Positions 31,209-41,121 of a stretch of DNA of 64,000 nt are shown piece after piece. The stretch comes from an uncultured Gemmatimonadales bacterium (GTDB taxonomy: Bacteria; Gemmatimonadota; Gemmatimonadetes; Gemmatimonadales; GWC2-71-9), in the NCBI GenBank assembly GCA_963806875.1, contig CAWDYU010000002.1, positions 145,426 to 209,425 on the forward strand, in the 5' to 3' direction. The notes beneath the pieces were generated by a model, which made no database searches, was not told the origin of the DNA, and was given only the letters and a program-made list of their open reading frames with translations. Numbering within the stretch: position 1 is the first letter of the stretch; the number at the start of each line of letters is the position of its first letter. Made by a program: the position numbers and the translations under genes.

Positions 31209-31989
31209 GCACGATGCGACTCACGCTCAAGGTCTGGCGCCAGGCATCACCAGACGCGGCAGGCGAGTTCCGTACCTACCCGGTTGATGCCGACGAGCAC
31301 ATGTCGTTCCTGGAGATGCTCGATGTGGTCAACGAGGGCCTCATCGCGACAGGGGGAGGAGCCGATCGCGTTCGATCACGACTGTCGTGAGGGGATCTGC
31401 GGCACCTGCGGCATGATGATCAACGGGATGGCCCACGGCCCGCGCTCGGCGACCACGGCGTGCCAGCTCCACATGCGATCGTTCAACGACGGCGACCACA
31501 TCCTGATCGAACCGTTCCGGGCCAGCGCGTTTCCGGTGATCCGCGACCTGGTCGTGGACCGTTCGTCGCTCGACCGCGTGATCCAGGCGGGTGGGTTCGT
31601 CTCCGTGGGCACGGGTGCCGCTCCGGACGGCAATGCGATCCTGGTGCCGAAGGAGATGGCCGATCGCGCGATGGACGCCGCCCAGTGCATCGGGTGTGGT
31701 GCCTGCGTCGCAGCGTGCCCCAACGCGTCGGCCATGCTGTTCACGAGTGCCAAGGTGAGTCATCTCGCCCTGCTCCCGCAGGGACAGCCCGAACGGTATC
31801 GCCGCGTGCTGGGGATGGTCGAGCAGATGGACGCTGAGGGATTCGGCGGGCTGCACCAACTTCGCCGAATGCGAAGCGGCGTGTCCGAAGGAGATCTCGA
31901 TCGAGAACATCGCGCGGATGAACCGCGACTTCTTCAAGGCTTCGTTGAAGGAACGCGAAGAGACCGGGGCAGGCGCGACGTCCGCCTGA
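31205..31989 (+). CDS. sdhB: Succinate dehydrogenase / fumarate reductase iron-sulfur subunit. It reads through three frames because of two apparent 1-nt insertions, in the G-run 31352-31356 and in GGG 31848-31850.
   Basis: Three cluster motifs: [22 protein letters not shown], and, in the third frame, [12 protein letters not shown]. Stop TGA at 31987-31989. Confidence 0.85.
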
Positions 31990-33244
31990 ACCTCCGCGGG
32001 TTCGTTCTCGGCATGGTCCTGCTGGGCGGGTGCGCGCTTGCGTTGCCCGCCCAGACGCGTATCCGGGTCACCCCCATGGCCCATGGCATCGCCAGCGTGA
32101 CGCAGGATGTCGCCATCTCCGCTCCTCCGCGACGTGGCGGAGGTGCGGCTGGTGCAGCCGATGGTGATGCTCGATATCGGCATACGGCGACCGGATCGGT
32201 GCGACGATCGCCCTCAACGGAGAGGGACTCACCATCCCGGATGGCCAGTTGACGGCCGGGGGATGGGGCGAGGGATTTGTCGACCGCCGTCACCCGCACA
32301 CCTACCTGCACGAACTGATGCTATCCGCGCGGGATATCCTCGGCACGGTTGATGGCAGCGCCCGACTCGGTGCTGCTGTCGGCAAGGGGTTCGTGGCGTT
32401 CGGCACCGATGACCCGATGTCACGCCCGCTGTTGATGTACCCGGTGAACCACCACTTGTCGCAGATCCTCGAGCGCGCAGTGGCCATTGCCCAGCTCCAC
32501 GTGGGGCCTGTGGTCGGAGAGGTGTCGTTGTTCAATGGTGATGAGCCCACCGAGCCCGGCGACTGGCCGCTGTTGCGCGGGGACGGCGGCAACTGGCGAT
32601 TCGGCGATTCGTGGGCGGGGCGGGTCACGATACATCCTGCCGCAGCCGTTGAAGCGCAGGTGTCATATGCCGACGTCCATTCTCCCGAGCACCGGCCTGG
32701 TGCCGGCGGCGAGGCGCGCAAGATGTCGGCGTCGGCGCGCTGGCATGATGCGCCCTCGTGGGGAGAGCGGTATGCGTTGGTCGAATGGGCGCGGACATCG
32801 GAGCTGGACGGATTCTTCGTGTTCCACTCGCTGCTGGGCGAAGCAATGGTCCGCCGCGGTCGGCTTGCAGCCGCGTACCGGTTCGAGCGCACCGAGCGTC
32901 CGGAAGAGGAGCGGCTCGCCGATCCCTTCCGGTCCCGTCGTCCGCATCTCGAGAACGCGATACTGGGCATCACTCGGTGGACGTTGCACTCGATCCGCGT
33001 CGGGTTCGACGCCACTGATCCCGACGGGCGCGTGAAGCTGGCGCCGTTCGTCGAGCTGACGATCGGGCGTGTCGCCGAGGTCTCTGGAGGGGTCTTCGAC
33101 GTGGAGTCCACCTACGGGTCGAACCGTGCGGGCACCCTCAGCGTTGGAGTGGCGATGGGGTGGAGCAGCAGGAACCACCGGATGGGACGGTACGGGGTGC
33201 TCGCGCCCGATCACTCAGCGATGATGCCCGGACACGGGCACTGA
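31986..33244 (+). CDS. Hypothetical secreted or lipoprotein of unknown function. The 5' part passes through three frames (apparent insertions near 32121 and 32182), and the start codon is unresolved.
   Basis: Signal/lipobox-like [17 protein letters not shown], then ...[17 protein letters not shown] (frame of 32107), then [46 protein letters not shown] (frame of ORF 32249..33244). No family recognised. Confidence 0.45.
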
Positions 33245-33282
33245 CACGATGGGGCGCCCCGGCGCCCGGAGCAATAACGTTC

Positions 33283-34746
33283 ATGCCCAGTTTCCGCCTC
33301 ACACCACTGCTCGTCGCTGCTGCCCTCGTGGCCTGCGGCACGACGCCGACCGAACCACCTGCCGATACAATCACGGCCACTGCCGTGGCGGGGCAAGGCC
33401 AGTTTGGCTTGCCGACCACACTGCTGCCGGTGGACCTCAAGATCCGCGTTGTTGCGAACGGGACGCCCGCTGCCGATCGAATGGTGACGTGGGCGGTCGC
33501 GACAGGTGGGGGCACGATCCAGCCCGCGAGCGCCATGACCGACGCCGCAGGCGAGGTGAGCGCTCGTTGGACACTCGGTGGCACGCTCGGTCAACAGTCG
33601 GTGACCGCCAGCGTCGCCGGTGTGACCACGCCGGTCACGTTCACCGCGACGACGCTGACTCCGCAGCTCGTCACCCCGACAGTCGTCGCCACCGTGCCGA
33701 TCCCGGCCAACTACGGAATCCACGACACCTTTGTCCGCGACGGCCTGGCGTTCGTGATGGCGTGGAACAACGGCATCCGCATCTACGATGTCGGCAATGG
33801 CGTGCGAAACGGATCGCCCGCCACCCCGCAGCTGGTGTCGAGCCTCGTCACCAATGCCAATGGTGTGCCGGGCGGTCCGCAGGCGCACAACGCATGGTGG
33901 TTCCACAATCCGGTGACGCAGGAGAAGCGCTACCTCTTCGTCGGACAGGAGGGCCCAGCAAACATCGGTACCACGTCGTCGGGCGACATCCACATCGTCG
34001 ATGTCTCCAACCTCGCGGCGCCGGTGGAAGTAGGCTTCATCCGGGTGCCCGGCGCGGGAGCGCACAACTTCTGGATGGATGAGGCTCGGCAGGTTCTGTA
34101 TGCGGCGTTCTACAATGGCGGCGTCGCAGCGATCGATGTGTCGGGCACCCTCAGCGGCGACATGTCGAGCCGGATCATTGCCCGGGTGCAACCGGGCGGT
34201 GGCTCGACGTATGTGTGGGGCGTGATGCAACTCGGCTCCACGCTGTACGCATCCGACATGGTGAGCGGGTTCTGGGCACTCGATGCGGTCACGCTGGCGA
34301 CGAAGGGTGGCGGCTTCAACGTCGACGAGCGATTCACGTCCGATCTGTGGGCCGTGGGATCCTGGGCATACAGCGGGACCTGGGGCACGCGCTCCGGCAA
34401 TCGGGGCAACGCGATCAAGGTCTGGTCGCTCGCTGCGAACGGCGTGCCGACCCTCGCCAACCAGATCCTGGTCGACAATGTCGGCACCATCAGCGACGTG
34501 GCGGTTACAGCCGACGGAAAGGCGTTGGTCGCCACCGCGGAGAATTTCGCGTCGCCCGGGCTCCTGGTGTATGATCGGGTGGACCCTGCCAACCCATCGT
34601 TGCGAGGGCGTGTCATCGTGCCCGAGGGCCTGCACACCGGTGAACTTGCCGTCATCAACGGCCGCTCATACGTGTTTGCAGCGCGCAACCCGGGCGGTGC
34701 AGGGCCCGCCCTGGTCATCTATGACATCACCGGAGTCGTGCCGTGA
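33283..34746 (+). CDS. Lipoprotein with an Ig-like (Big) domain and an LVIVD-repeat beta-propeller
   Basis: Lipobox LVACG. Ig-like segment (VTWAVATGGGTI...TDAAGEVSARWTLG). Repeated LVIVD-type units (IRIYDVGN, IHIVDVSNLAAP, LLVYDRVDPANP, LVIYDITG). Confidence 0.65.
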   Translation: MPSFRLTPLLVAAALVACGTTPTEPPADTITATAVAGQGQFGLPTTLLPVDLKIRVVANGTPAADRMVTWAVATGGGTIQPASAMTDAAGEVSARWTLGGTLGQQSVTASVAGVTTPVTFTATTLTPQLVTPTVVATVPIPANYGIHDTFVRDGLAFVMAWNNGIRIYDVGNGVRNGSPATPQLVSSLVTNANGVPGGPQAHNAWWFHNPVTQEKRYLFVGQEGPANIGTTSSGDIHIVDVSNLAAPVEVGFIRVPGAGAHNFWMDEARQVLYAAFYNGGVAAIDVSGTLSGDMSSRIIARVQPGGGSTYVWGVMQLGSTLYASDMVSGFWALDAVTLATKGGGFNVDERFTSDLWAVGSWAYSGTWGTRSGNRGNAIKVWSLAANGVPTLANQILVDNVGTISDVAVTADGKALVATAENFASPGLLVYDRVDPANPSLRGRVIVPEGLHTGELAVINGRSYVFAARNPGGAGPALVIYDITGVVP

Positions 34747-36851
34747 ACGTTGCTCGCAGCTGGATGCTCACGTTGTTGGTGTCCCCCTGCGCGGCGAGCA
34801 TGCTCGTCGCGCAGGATCGCATCACCGGGTTCGCACCCGCTCACGTCGCGGCCGAATTGCGGCTCGAGGAGCAGTTGCGTTCGGTCCCGGATACTGCGTC
34901 GGCGCGTCGCCACGCCCGCACGCTTGCGGGTTCACCGCATGTCGCGGGCACCCCCGCGCAAGCCGCCACCGCCGACTATGTCCTGCAGCAGATGCAGGCG
35001 TGGGGTCTCGATACCGCCCGGGTGCCCTTCCGGGTCTATCTCCCGTATCACGACTCGACCATCGTGGAGCGGATCACTCCACGGCGCGTACGCCTCGACC
35101 TCGACGAGCCGCCAGTGCCTGGCGATCCCACGACGGAGCAGCGTCGGTGGACGGCAATGAACGGCAACTCCGGCGCCGGCGATGTGACCGCGCCGCTGGT
35201 GTACGTCAACTACGGGCTGCCCAGCGACTATGCGAGCCTCGACTCGATGGGCATCAGCGTGAAGGGCCGCGTCGCCATTGCCCGCTATGGGCGATCGTTC
35301 CGGGGCATCAAGGCGCGGGAGGCCGAGTTGCACGGCGCGGCGGCGCTGATCATCTACAGCGATCCGCTCGACGATGGCTTCGCGCAGGGAGATGTATATC
35401 CTGCCGGCCCGATGCGGCCGCCGGAAGGCGTACAACGCGGCTCGATCTTCAACAGTCAGGGTGACCCGACCACGCCGGGGTGGCCGTCGACGGCCGATGC
35501 GCGGCGGCTGCCGTTCGATTCGCTCGCGGTCGCGAAGATTCCCGTGGTGCCGATGTCCTACGGCAACGCCGAGCAGCTGCTGGGCGGACTGGACGGCGCA
35601 TCGGTACCCTCGGGGTGGCAGGGTGGACTTCCGTTTCGTTACCACGTCGGCAATGGCGCAGTGCGGGTGCGCGTGGCGGTGTTTCCGGAACGGGGAGACC
35701 GCGCCTTCAAGACGATCTACAACACGATGGGTACGATCCGCGGCAGTGAGTTTCCCGACGAACTCGTGATCGTGGGAGGCCACCGTGATTCGTGGGGGCC
35801 GGGCGCCGCCGACAATGTTTCCGGCGTGGTCACGATCCTCGAGGCCGCGCGCGCGTGGGGGCAGGCGCTGGCGCGCGGCGAGCGTCCGCGGCGCACCCTG
35901 GTGTTCGCGACCTGGGACGCCGAGGAGTGGGGGCTGGTGGGCTCGACGGAGTGGGTCGAGCTAATGCGCAATGAATTGAGCGCGCAGGCCGTAGCGTATC
36001 TCAATGTCGATGTGTCGGCGTCGGGGCGCCTCTTCGGCTCCAGCGGTACCGCGTCGCTGCACGCATTGATGCGCGATGCGACCCGCACGATCCGGCAGCC
36101 CGGCGACACTGTCTCGGTGTATCGCGATTGGGAACGCCGCACGGTGACGTCGCAGCGACCAGTTCCGCCCATGGGCGACCTCGGTGGCGGCTCCGACTTC
36201 GGACCGTTCTACAACGGACTTGGAATCCCGTCCTTCGATTTCGGTTTCGGTGGACCAGGAGGCGTGTACCACTCGGCGTACGACACGTGGAGCTGGATGG
36301 AGAAGTTCGGCGACCCCGGATACCTGAGCCATGCCGCAGCAGGGCAACTGGCGGCTGTCCTGTTGGCCCGCCTCGCCAACGCCGATGTGGTGGCACTCGA
36401 CTATCACGCGCTCGGCCGGCATATCGTCGACCTGGCTGCCAGGCTGGGACGCGACACCACCTCGACCGGTGCGATCAAGGCTGAACTCGACGACCTCAGG
36501 GACGCAGCCGAAGCGTTCGCCCGTGCTGGCGAGCGGTTCAACGAGGCGCGCGATTCGCGGCTGGCGAAGGGCGGCGACATCCCGCTGGCCCGCATCAACG
36601 AAGCGTTGCGATCGGTCGAGCGACAGCTGATTCGTCCGTCGGGCCTGGTAGGTCGTCCCGGGTTGCGGAACCTGATCTTCGCGGCCGACCGCGACAACGG
36701 TTACTCTAATGTCGCCCTTCCGGGTATCGCAGAGGCGCTCCGGGATCGCGACTCGGCCCGGGCCCGCTCGGAAGTGATCGAACTCACCCGACGCATCGAG
36801 GCAGCCGCTGCGGCCGTGCTGGCCGCCACCAAAGCGGCTCGAGCGAGTTGA
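34743..36851 (+). CDS. M28B peptidase (glutamate carboxypeptidase II / PSMA-like) with PA and transferrin-receptor-like dimerisation domains
   Basis: Signal peptide. PA-domain region VYVNYGLPSDY...GRVAIARYG. Zn ligand motifs GGHRDSWGPGAADNVSG and WDAEEWGLVGSTEW. Helical C-terminal domain. Confidence 0.85.
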   Translation: MNVARSWMLTLLVSPCAASMLVAQDRITGFAPAHVAAELRLEEQLRSVPDTASARRHARTLAGSPHVAGTPAQAATADYVLQQMQAWGLDTARVPFRVYLPYHDSTIVERITPRRVRLDLDEPPVPGDPTTEQRRWTAMNGNSGAGDVTAPLVYVNYGLPSDYASLDSMGISVKGRVAIARYGRSFRGIKAREAELHGAAALIIYSDPLDDGFAQGDVYPAGPMRPPEGVQRGSIFNSQGDPTTPGWPSTADARRLPFDSLAVAKIPVVPMSYGNAEQLLGGLDGASVPSGWQGGLPFRYHVGNGAVRVRVAVFPERGDRAFKTIYNTMGTIRGSEFPDELVIVGGHRDSWGPGAADNVSGVVTILEAARAWGQALARGERPRRTLVFATWDAEEWGLVGSTEWVELMRNELSAQAVAYLNVDVSASGRLFGSSGTASLHALMRDATRTIRQPGDTVSVYRDWERRTVTSQRPVPPMGDLGGGSDFGPFYNGLGIPSFDFGFGGPGGVYHSAYDTWSWMEKFGDPGYLSHAAAGQLAAVLLARLANADVVALDYHALGRHIVDLAARLGRDTTSTGAIKAELDDLRDAAEAFARAGERFNEARDSRLAKGGDIPLARINEALRSVERQLIRPSGLVGRPGLRNLIFAADRDNGYSNVALPGIAEALRDRDSARARSEVIELTRRIEAAAAAVLAATKAARAS

Positions 36852-36905
36852 CGACGCCGACAGATCGGTTCGCCACCATTCCATCATTCGACCTGGACGT
36901 CAGCC

Positions 36906-37277
36906 ATGCACCTCGGCGCTTTTTCCGTCAGCCTCGCCGTCAAGGATCTCGCCGCATCACGGGCATTCTATGAGAAGCTTGGATTCTCGCTTTTTGGCGG
37001 GGAGCCGGCCAATGGATGGGCGATCATGAAGGCCGGTACAACCGTGATCGGCCTCTTCCAGGGGATGTTCGAAGCCAACATCCTGACGTTCAACCCGGGT
37101 TGGGACAGCGACGCACAGCCGATCTCCGCCTTCACCGACGTCCGGGAGATCCAGGGCCGACTGAGGTCCGACGGGATCGCGTTACTGACCGCGGCCGACG
37201 AAAACACGACGGGACCCGCGAGCATCACGCTGGCGGATCCCGACGGGAACATCATCCTGATTGACCAGCACCTCTGA
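36906..37277 (+). CDS. VOC-family protein (glyoxalase / bleomycin-resistance fold)
   Basis: FSVSLAVKDLAASRAFYEKLGF ... ITLADPDGNIILIDQ is the typical beta-alpha-beta-beta-beta module. Confidence 0.75.
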   Translation: MHLGAFSVSLAVKDLAASRAFYEKLGFSLFGGEPANGWAIMKAGTTVIGLFQGMFEANILTFNPGWDSDAQPISAFTDVREIQGRLRSDGIALLTAADENTTGPASITLADPDGNIILIDQHL

Positions 37278-37285
37278 ACATCTGA

Positions 37286-37308
37286 CTCACCTGAGGGCTC
37301 AGGGTGAG
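37286..37308. terminator. Hairpin between the convergent VOC and DUF1499 genes
   Basis: ctcacctgag-gg-ctcagggtgag forms a ~10-bp stem with one bulge. It overlaps the minus-strand stop codon at 37299-37301. No U-tract. Confidence 0.3.
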
Positions 37309-38066
37309 GGAGCGCTCGTACCGGCTGCGGACACCTGCTCGATGAAGTCCCGGATCCGACGGGCGTTGGTCCCGACGTCGCCGCCGCCAACCCTAGATAC
37401 CGAGCGGACGTCGACCCTGGCACGGCTCCCATCCTGGACGATGCGAATCACCACGTCGTCCTTGAAGCCGAACCACCGCGTCGTGGCGACAGCCTCGATG
37501 CGCCCGCGCGACGAATCAGCGGTGATGACTTCCCAACCCATCCCCCGCGCGACGTCGAGTGACCGCGTGAAAGCAGCCCCCGCAGTGGCATCGAGATAGA
37601 GCGGCGCGATCTCCGGATATGCGGCACGCTGCTGGGCCGCCACCTCCGCACCACCATACTCAGCCTGATTGGGAGCATCGGCGCGGAGCGGCAGGATCGC
37701 CTCGAACGCCGGTGGGTCGCCCATGTCGGTGGTGATGTCGTGGATGGGCGGTACGGTGCGGGCGATCCGCCGCCACTGCCACGGTAGCGCCACGACCGCG
37801 AGGCCGATTGCCGTCGACACCAGCAGCAATCCGAGGAGTCGTCCGCTCGGACGGAGGACTGCGAGCAGCGCAAGCGACGCCACTGCGGTTGCCACGCCAA
37901 TGTACGCCGCCCATTTCACCATGCCGAGCCCCGTGCGAAAGTCCCACAACCCGATCCGAGTGCCGGTCCCAGCCATGAACAGCACCAGCACAGCAAGCAG
38001 TGCGAGGCCGATTGCGATCCAGCGAGCAGTGTTCAGGCGTTGCATCGGGCCGTCCCGGAGTTGCAT
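37299..38066 (-). CDS. DUF1499-family membrane protein
   Basis: Three to four N-terminal transmembrane helices, then a C-terminal module (WFGFKDDVVIRI...VDVRSVSRVGGGDVGTNARRIRDF) typical of DUF1499. Start is ATG 38066 or 38045. Confidence 0.6.
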   Translation of the reverse strand: MQLRDGPMQRLNTARWIAIGLALLAVLVLFMAGTGTRIGLWDFRTGLGMVKWAAYIGVATAVASLALLAVLRPSGRLLGLLLVSTAIGLAVVALPWQWRRIARTVPPIHDITTDMGDPPAFEAILPLRADAPNQAEYGGAEVAAQQRAAYPEIAPLYLDATAGAAFTRSLDVARGMGWEVITADSSRGRIEAVATTRWFGFKDDVVIRIVQDGSRARVDVRSVSRVGGGDVGTNARRIRDFIEQVSAAGTSAPSP

Positions 38067-38103
38067 GGTGGTGACAACGTGCCGCGTCGAAAGACGGGTA
38101 CGG

Positions 38104-39375
38104 TCAGGAATGTAGTGGGGCGCGGGACATGGCCCGGTCCACCCGATCGACATACACGCTTGCAGAAATGTCCCCGCTCACGTTCAGGGTCGTGCGGGCC
38201 ATGTCGAGGATCCGGTCGACGCCAAGAATGATGGCGATGCCTTCCGGGGGTACGCCCACCGTGGCCATCACCAGCATCATCAGCGGCAGCGATCCGCCCG
38301 GCACCCCGGCCGCGCCAATGGCCGTCATCACCGAAAGCACGACCACGATGATCTGGCTGCCGATACTGAGATCCACACCAAAAACCTGCGCCAGGAAGAG
38401 AACGGTCACGCCCTCGAACAGCGCAGTCCCGTTCATGTTCATCGTCGCGCCGAGCGGGAGGACAAAGCCGGCGATCTTGGGCTGCACCCCCAGCTCGCGC
38501 TCGGCCGTCGCGATCGATGTTGGCAGGGTCGCCATGCTCGAGCTGGTCGAGAAGGCGGTCACCACGGGAGCCGTGATCGCCTTCCAGAAGGCAACCGGGT
38601 TCATCCTGCCGAACACCCGTACCAGCGTCGATATACCGATGATCGCGTGCAGCGCCAGCCCGACGAGCACCACCACCACATACATGCTGAGCTGCTGGAG
38701 AATGCTCCAGCCGAACTGCGACGTGATCACGAACACCAACGCGAAGACGCCATACGGGGCCAGCTTCATCGCCCAGTTGATGATGGCGATGATCGCGTCA
38801 CCGATGCCCTCGAGCAGCGCGATGACCGGCTGGGCACGCGCCTTGGGAATGATGGTCAGGGCGGCGCCAAAGACGAGTGAAAAGAAGATCAGCGCCAGCA
38901 TGTCCATGCCAGCCGCCGCGGCGACCGGATTGCGCGGCACGATGTTGACGAACGTCGAGACACCGAACTCCACAGCCCCCGACTGGGCGAGTCCATCGGC
39001 GCCGCTCGAGAACTGTGCCATCAGCGCGTCACGCGTCTCCGGTGCCAGGCCGGCGCCCGGCCGAATCGTGTTGACCAGCGTGATGCCGATCAGGGCGGCA
39101 ATCAGCGTGGACATCGCGAAATACCCCATCGTCCGGCCGCCCAGTCGCCCGAGGGTCTTGACGTCACCAATCCCCGCGACCCCGAGGGTGATCGACGTGA
39201 ACACGATCGGCACCACGGTCATGAAGAGCAGGCGCAGGAACACCTGGCCAACCGGGTAGGCGATGTTGTCGCTCGCGAAGGACAGCCACGCCGCGTCGGC
39301 GAAATATCGATTGCCAAGGCCGCCAACGACAGCGCCAAGCACGAGCCCGATCGCGATCTTGGTGTGCAGTTTCAC
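38104..39375 (-). CDS. Dicarboxylate/amino acid:cation symporter (DAACS, GltP/DctA-like)
   Basis: Typical DAACS features: LRLLFMTVVPIVF, SSSMATLP, TMNMNGTAL, and ILDMARTTLNVSGD. GTG start at 39375. Confidence 0.88.
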   Translation of the reverse strand: MKLHTKIAIGLVLGAVVGGLGNRYFADAAWLSFASDNIAYPVGQVFLRLLFMTVVPIVFTSITLGVAGIGDVKTLGRLGGRTMGYFAMSTLIAALIGITLVNTIRPGAGLAPETRDALMAQFSSGADGLAQSGAVEFGVSTFVNIVPRNPVAAAAGMDMLALIFFSLVFGAALTIIPKARAQPVIALLEGIGDAIIAIINWAMKLAPYGVFALVFVITSQFGWSILQQLSMYVVVVLVGLALHAIIGISTLVRVFGRMNPVAFWKAITAPVVTAFSTSSSMATLPTSIATAERELGVQPKIAGFVLPLGATMNMNGTALFEGVTVLFLAQVFGVDLSIGSQIIVVVLSVMTAIGAAGVPGGSLPLMMLVMATVGVPPEGIAIILGVDRILDMARTTLNVSGDISASVYVDRVDRAMSRAPLHS

Positions 39376-39466
39376 CGGTCTCCCTCCATGGGGTCGCTCA
39401 CGGGTGGTGAGGTCTCAAGAACGGAGCGCGCACCCCGCAATCGGATGCACGCTCCGTCAGTCCATT

Positions 39467-39889
39467 CTAGCAGTCGCCGGGCAAGCGGGCGAGCACGGGC
39501 TCGAGCTTTCTGGCGTGGTCCACCCATTTCGACACGGTCCGGACGGGAGGAACGACACGGGTGAGATGCTTCTCCTCGTTGACCCGGGTCATCGCAGACA
39601 CCAGGTTCTCCGGCTTGCGTGCGCCCAGTTCCGTGACGTTCTGGGTGCCGGACGACTCGAGGAGCTGGCCGAACTCCGACCCGACGCCGGGCACCCGCAT
39701 CAGGTCCGCCTGGCGAGTCCACGTGAGCAGCTGCTTTCCGGAGATGCCCGTTGCCCGCTCCAGCTGGAGCCGTCCTTCGTCGGTTGCACATCGACCGAGG
39801 AGGTCGCCTGTCGTCTTGACGCCTGAAGCCGCCAGGCGAGTCGCGAAATGTTCACCAACGCCCTCGATTTCCTGAATCTTGTAAGTCAT
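39467..39889 (-). CDS. DUF4332 domain protein (helix-hairpin-helix-like)
   Basis: IQEIEGVGEHFATRLAASGVKTTGDLL and LMRVPGVGSEFGQLLESSG repeats, as in DUF4332. Confidence 0.6.
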   Translation of the reverse strand: MTYKIQEIEGVGEHFATRLAASGVKTTGDLLGRCATDEGRLQLERATGISGKQLLTWTRQADLMRVPGVGSEFGQLLESSGTQNVTELGARKPENLVSAMTRVNEEKHLTRVVPPVRTVSKWVDHARKLEPVLARLPGDC

Positions 39890-39941
39890 GCTGTGCCTCC
39901 AGCGCTACGGGTGAGTAGGGTGCCTCGTTGGGGGTTGAAGG

Positions 39942-39974
39942 GTGAAATATAACACAAATGACTTTAGATGGCAA
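39942..39974 (-). promoter_or_regulatory. Candidate promoter for the DUF4332 gene (TTG-N20-TATATTTC, minus strand), overlapping a palindrome-like site GTGAAATATAACAC
   Basis: Read on the minus strand: TTG (39974-39972), a 20-nt spacer, then TATATTTC (39951-39944), 55 nt upstream of the ATG at 39889. It lies in the only markedly AT-rich island of the window. Confidence 0.4.
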
Positions 39975-40142
39975 CACTTAACTGATTGCAGCATATTAGT
40001 TTACGTCGATCGCCCTATTCCGCCAGCGCACCGGCCAAGTGCTCTGGTTTGCAGCCGTTCGTTCGGCGGCCGCTCTGGCGGCTACCTTCCAGCGCCTCGC
40101 TCCTTCCAGGGATCACCGGTCGCTGCGCCACCCCGAGGGCCC

Positions 40143-40505
40143 ATGTCAGTCAGTCCGGAGTTCCGCAGTTTCGTCATCGAGCAGTTCGGGAGGGTTGCGC
40201 CGTCGATCCGGGCCCGCAGCATGTTCGGAGGGGTTGGTGTCTACTCGAGCGATCGGTTTTTTGCCCTGATCGCGGGCGACCAGGTCTACCTGAAGGTCGA
40301 CGACGACAACCGACCCACCTTTGAGGCGATCGGGATGGGGCCATTCCGGCCTTTCGGGCCCGATGGCGAAGCGATGCAGTATTACGAGTTGCGGGGGGAT
40401 CTTCTCGAGGATGCCGAGGCGCTCGAGCCGTGGGTGTCGGCCGCCATCGACGTGGCCGTACGCGCAAAATCGGGACGTCGTGGTAGGCGATCGGGAAGTG
40501 GTTGA
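40143..40505 (+). CDS. TfoX/Sxy N-terminal-domain protein
   Basis: SPEFRSFVIEQFGRVAPSIRARSMFGGVGVYSSDRFFALIAGDQVYLKVDD matches the TfoX_N pattern. The upstream in-frame extension from 39942 is AT-rich or compositionally odd and was rejected. Confidence 0.7.
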   Translation: MSVSPEFRSFVIEQFGRVAPSIRARSMFGGVGVYSSDRFFALIAGDQVYLKVDDDNRPTFEAIGMGPFRPFGPDGEAMQYYELRGDLLEDAEALEPWVSAAIDVAVRAKSGRRGRRSGSG

Positions 40506-41121
40506 CCCGCTGTCGGCCGACGCCGATCGATGGGCCCGCGTCAACGCCCTGTGTGAAGCCGGTTGGGCGGTGTGGGACGAGTTCGCCGCGGGTGAGGCCG
40601 AGCGACCATTCCATCCTTTCGTGGCCGCGGACTATGACGTGGTCCGCGATGCCCTGTGGCCGTACCGCGGCCGTTCGCTGCGGTTTCTGGAGTGGGGATC
40701 GGCAACCGGTGTGATCACCGTGATGGCCGATCTCATCGGCTTCCGGGCTGCCGGGATCGAACTCGATTCGAACCTGGTCGGCATGGCCCGGACGCTCGCC
40801 GAACGTTTCGGTTCCCGCGCCACCTTCGCGCACGGAAGCTTCCTGCCGGATGGGTACCGGTGGCGCAGCGCCGACGGCGACACGCGTACCGGTACCATCG
40901 GTAGTGGCCGTTCGGGCTACCAGATCCTGGGTCAGTCACTCGACGAGTTCGACATCATCTTCGGCTACCCGTGGGACGGCGAGGCATCGATGATGCACGA
41001 TCTCATGAACCGGTATGGGCGGTCCAGCGCCGTGTTGTTGCTCCACGGCGCAGGCACCGGTGTGCGAGCATTCCGCGCCGGGAGTGAGATCACCGCCGGT
41101 CCGTGGATGCCGCCCGCGTGA
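40480..41121 (+). CDS. Class I SAM-dependent methyltransferase-like protein
   Basis: Motif I-like RFLEWGSATGVITVMA followed by acidic GIELD. The start (GTG 40480 or 40498) overlaps the TfoX-like gene. Family not recognised. Confidence 0.5.
   Translation: MVGDREVVDPLSADADRWARVNALCEAGWAVWDEFAAGEAERPFHPFVAADYDVVRDALWPYRGRSLRFLEWGSATGVITVMADLIGFRAAGIELDSNLVGMARTLAERFGSRATFAHGSFLPDGYRWRSADGDTRTGTIGSGRSGYQILGQSLDEFDIIFGYPWDGEASMMHDLMNRYGRSSAVLLLHGAGTGVRAFRAGSEITAGPWMPPA

Noticed and set aside
39942-40142. An N-terminal extension of the TfoX-like ORF, starting at GTG 39942 (MKYNTNDFRWQHLTDCS...).
   Set aside because: The extension runs through the AT-rich promoter island and then a Pro/Arg/Ser-rich stretch with non-coding character. 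The TfoX_N domain alignment begins at MSVSPEFRSF (ATG 40143).
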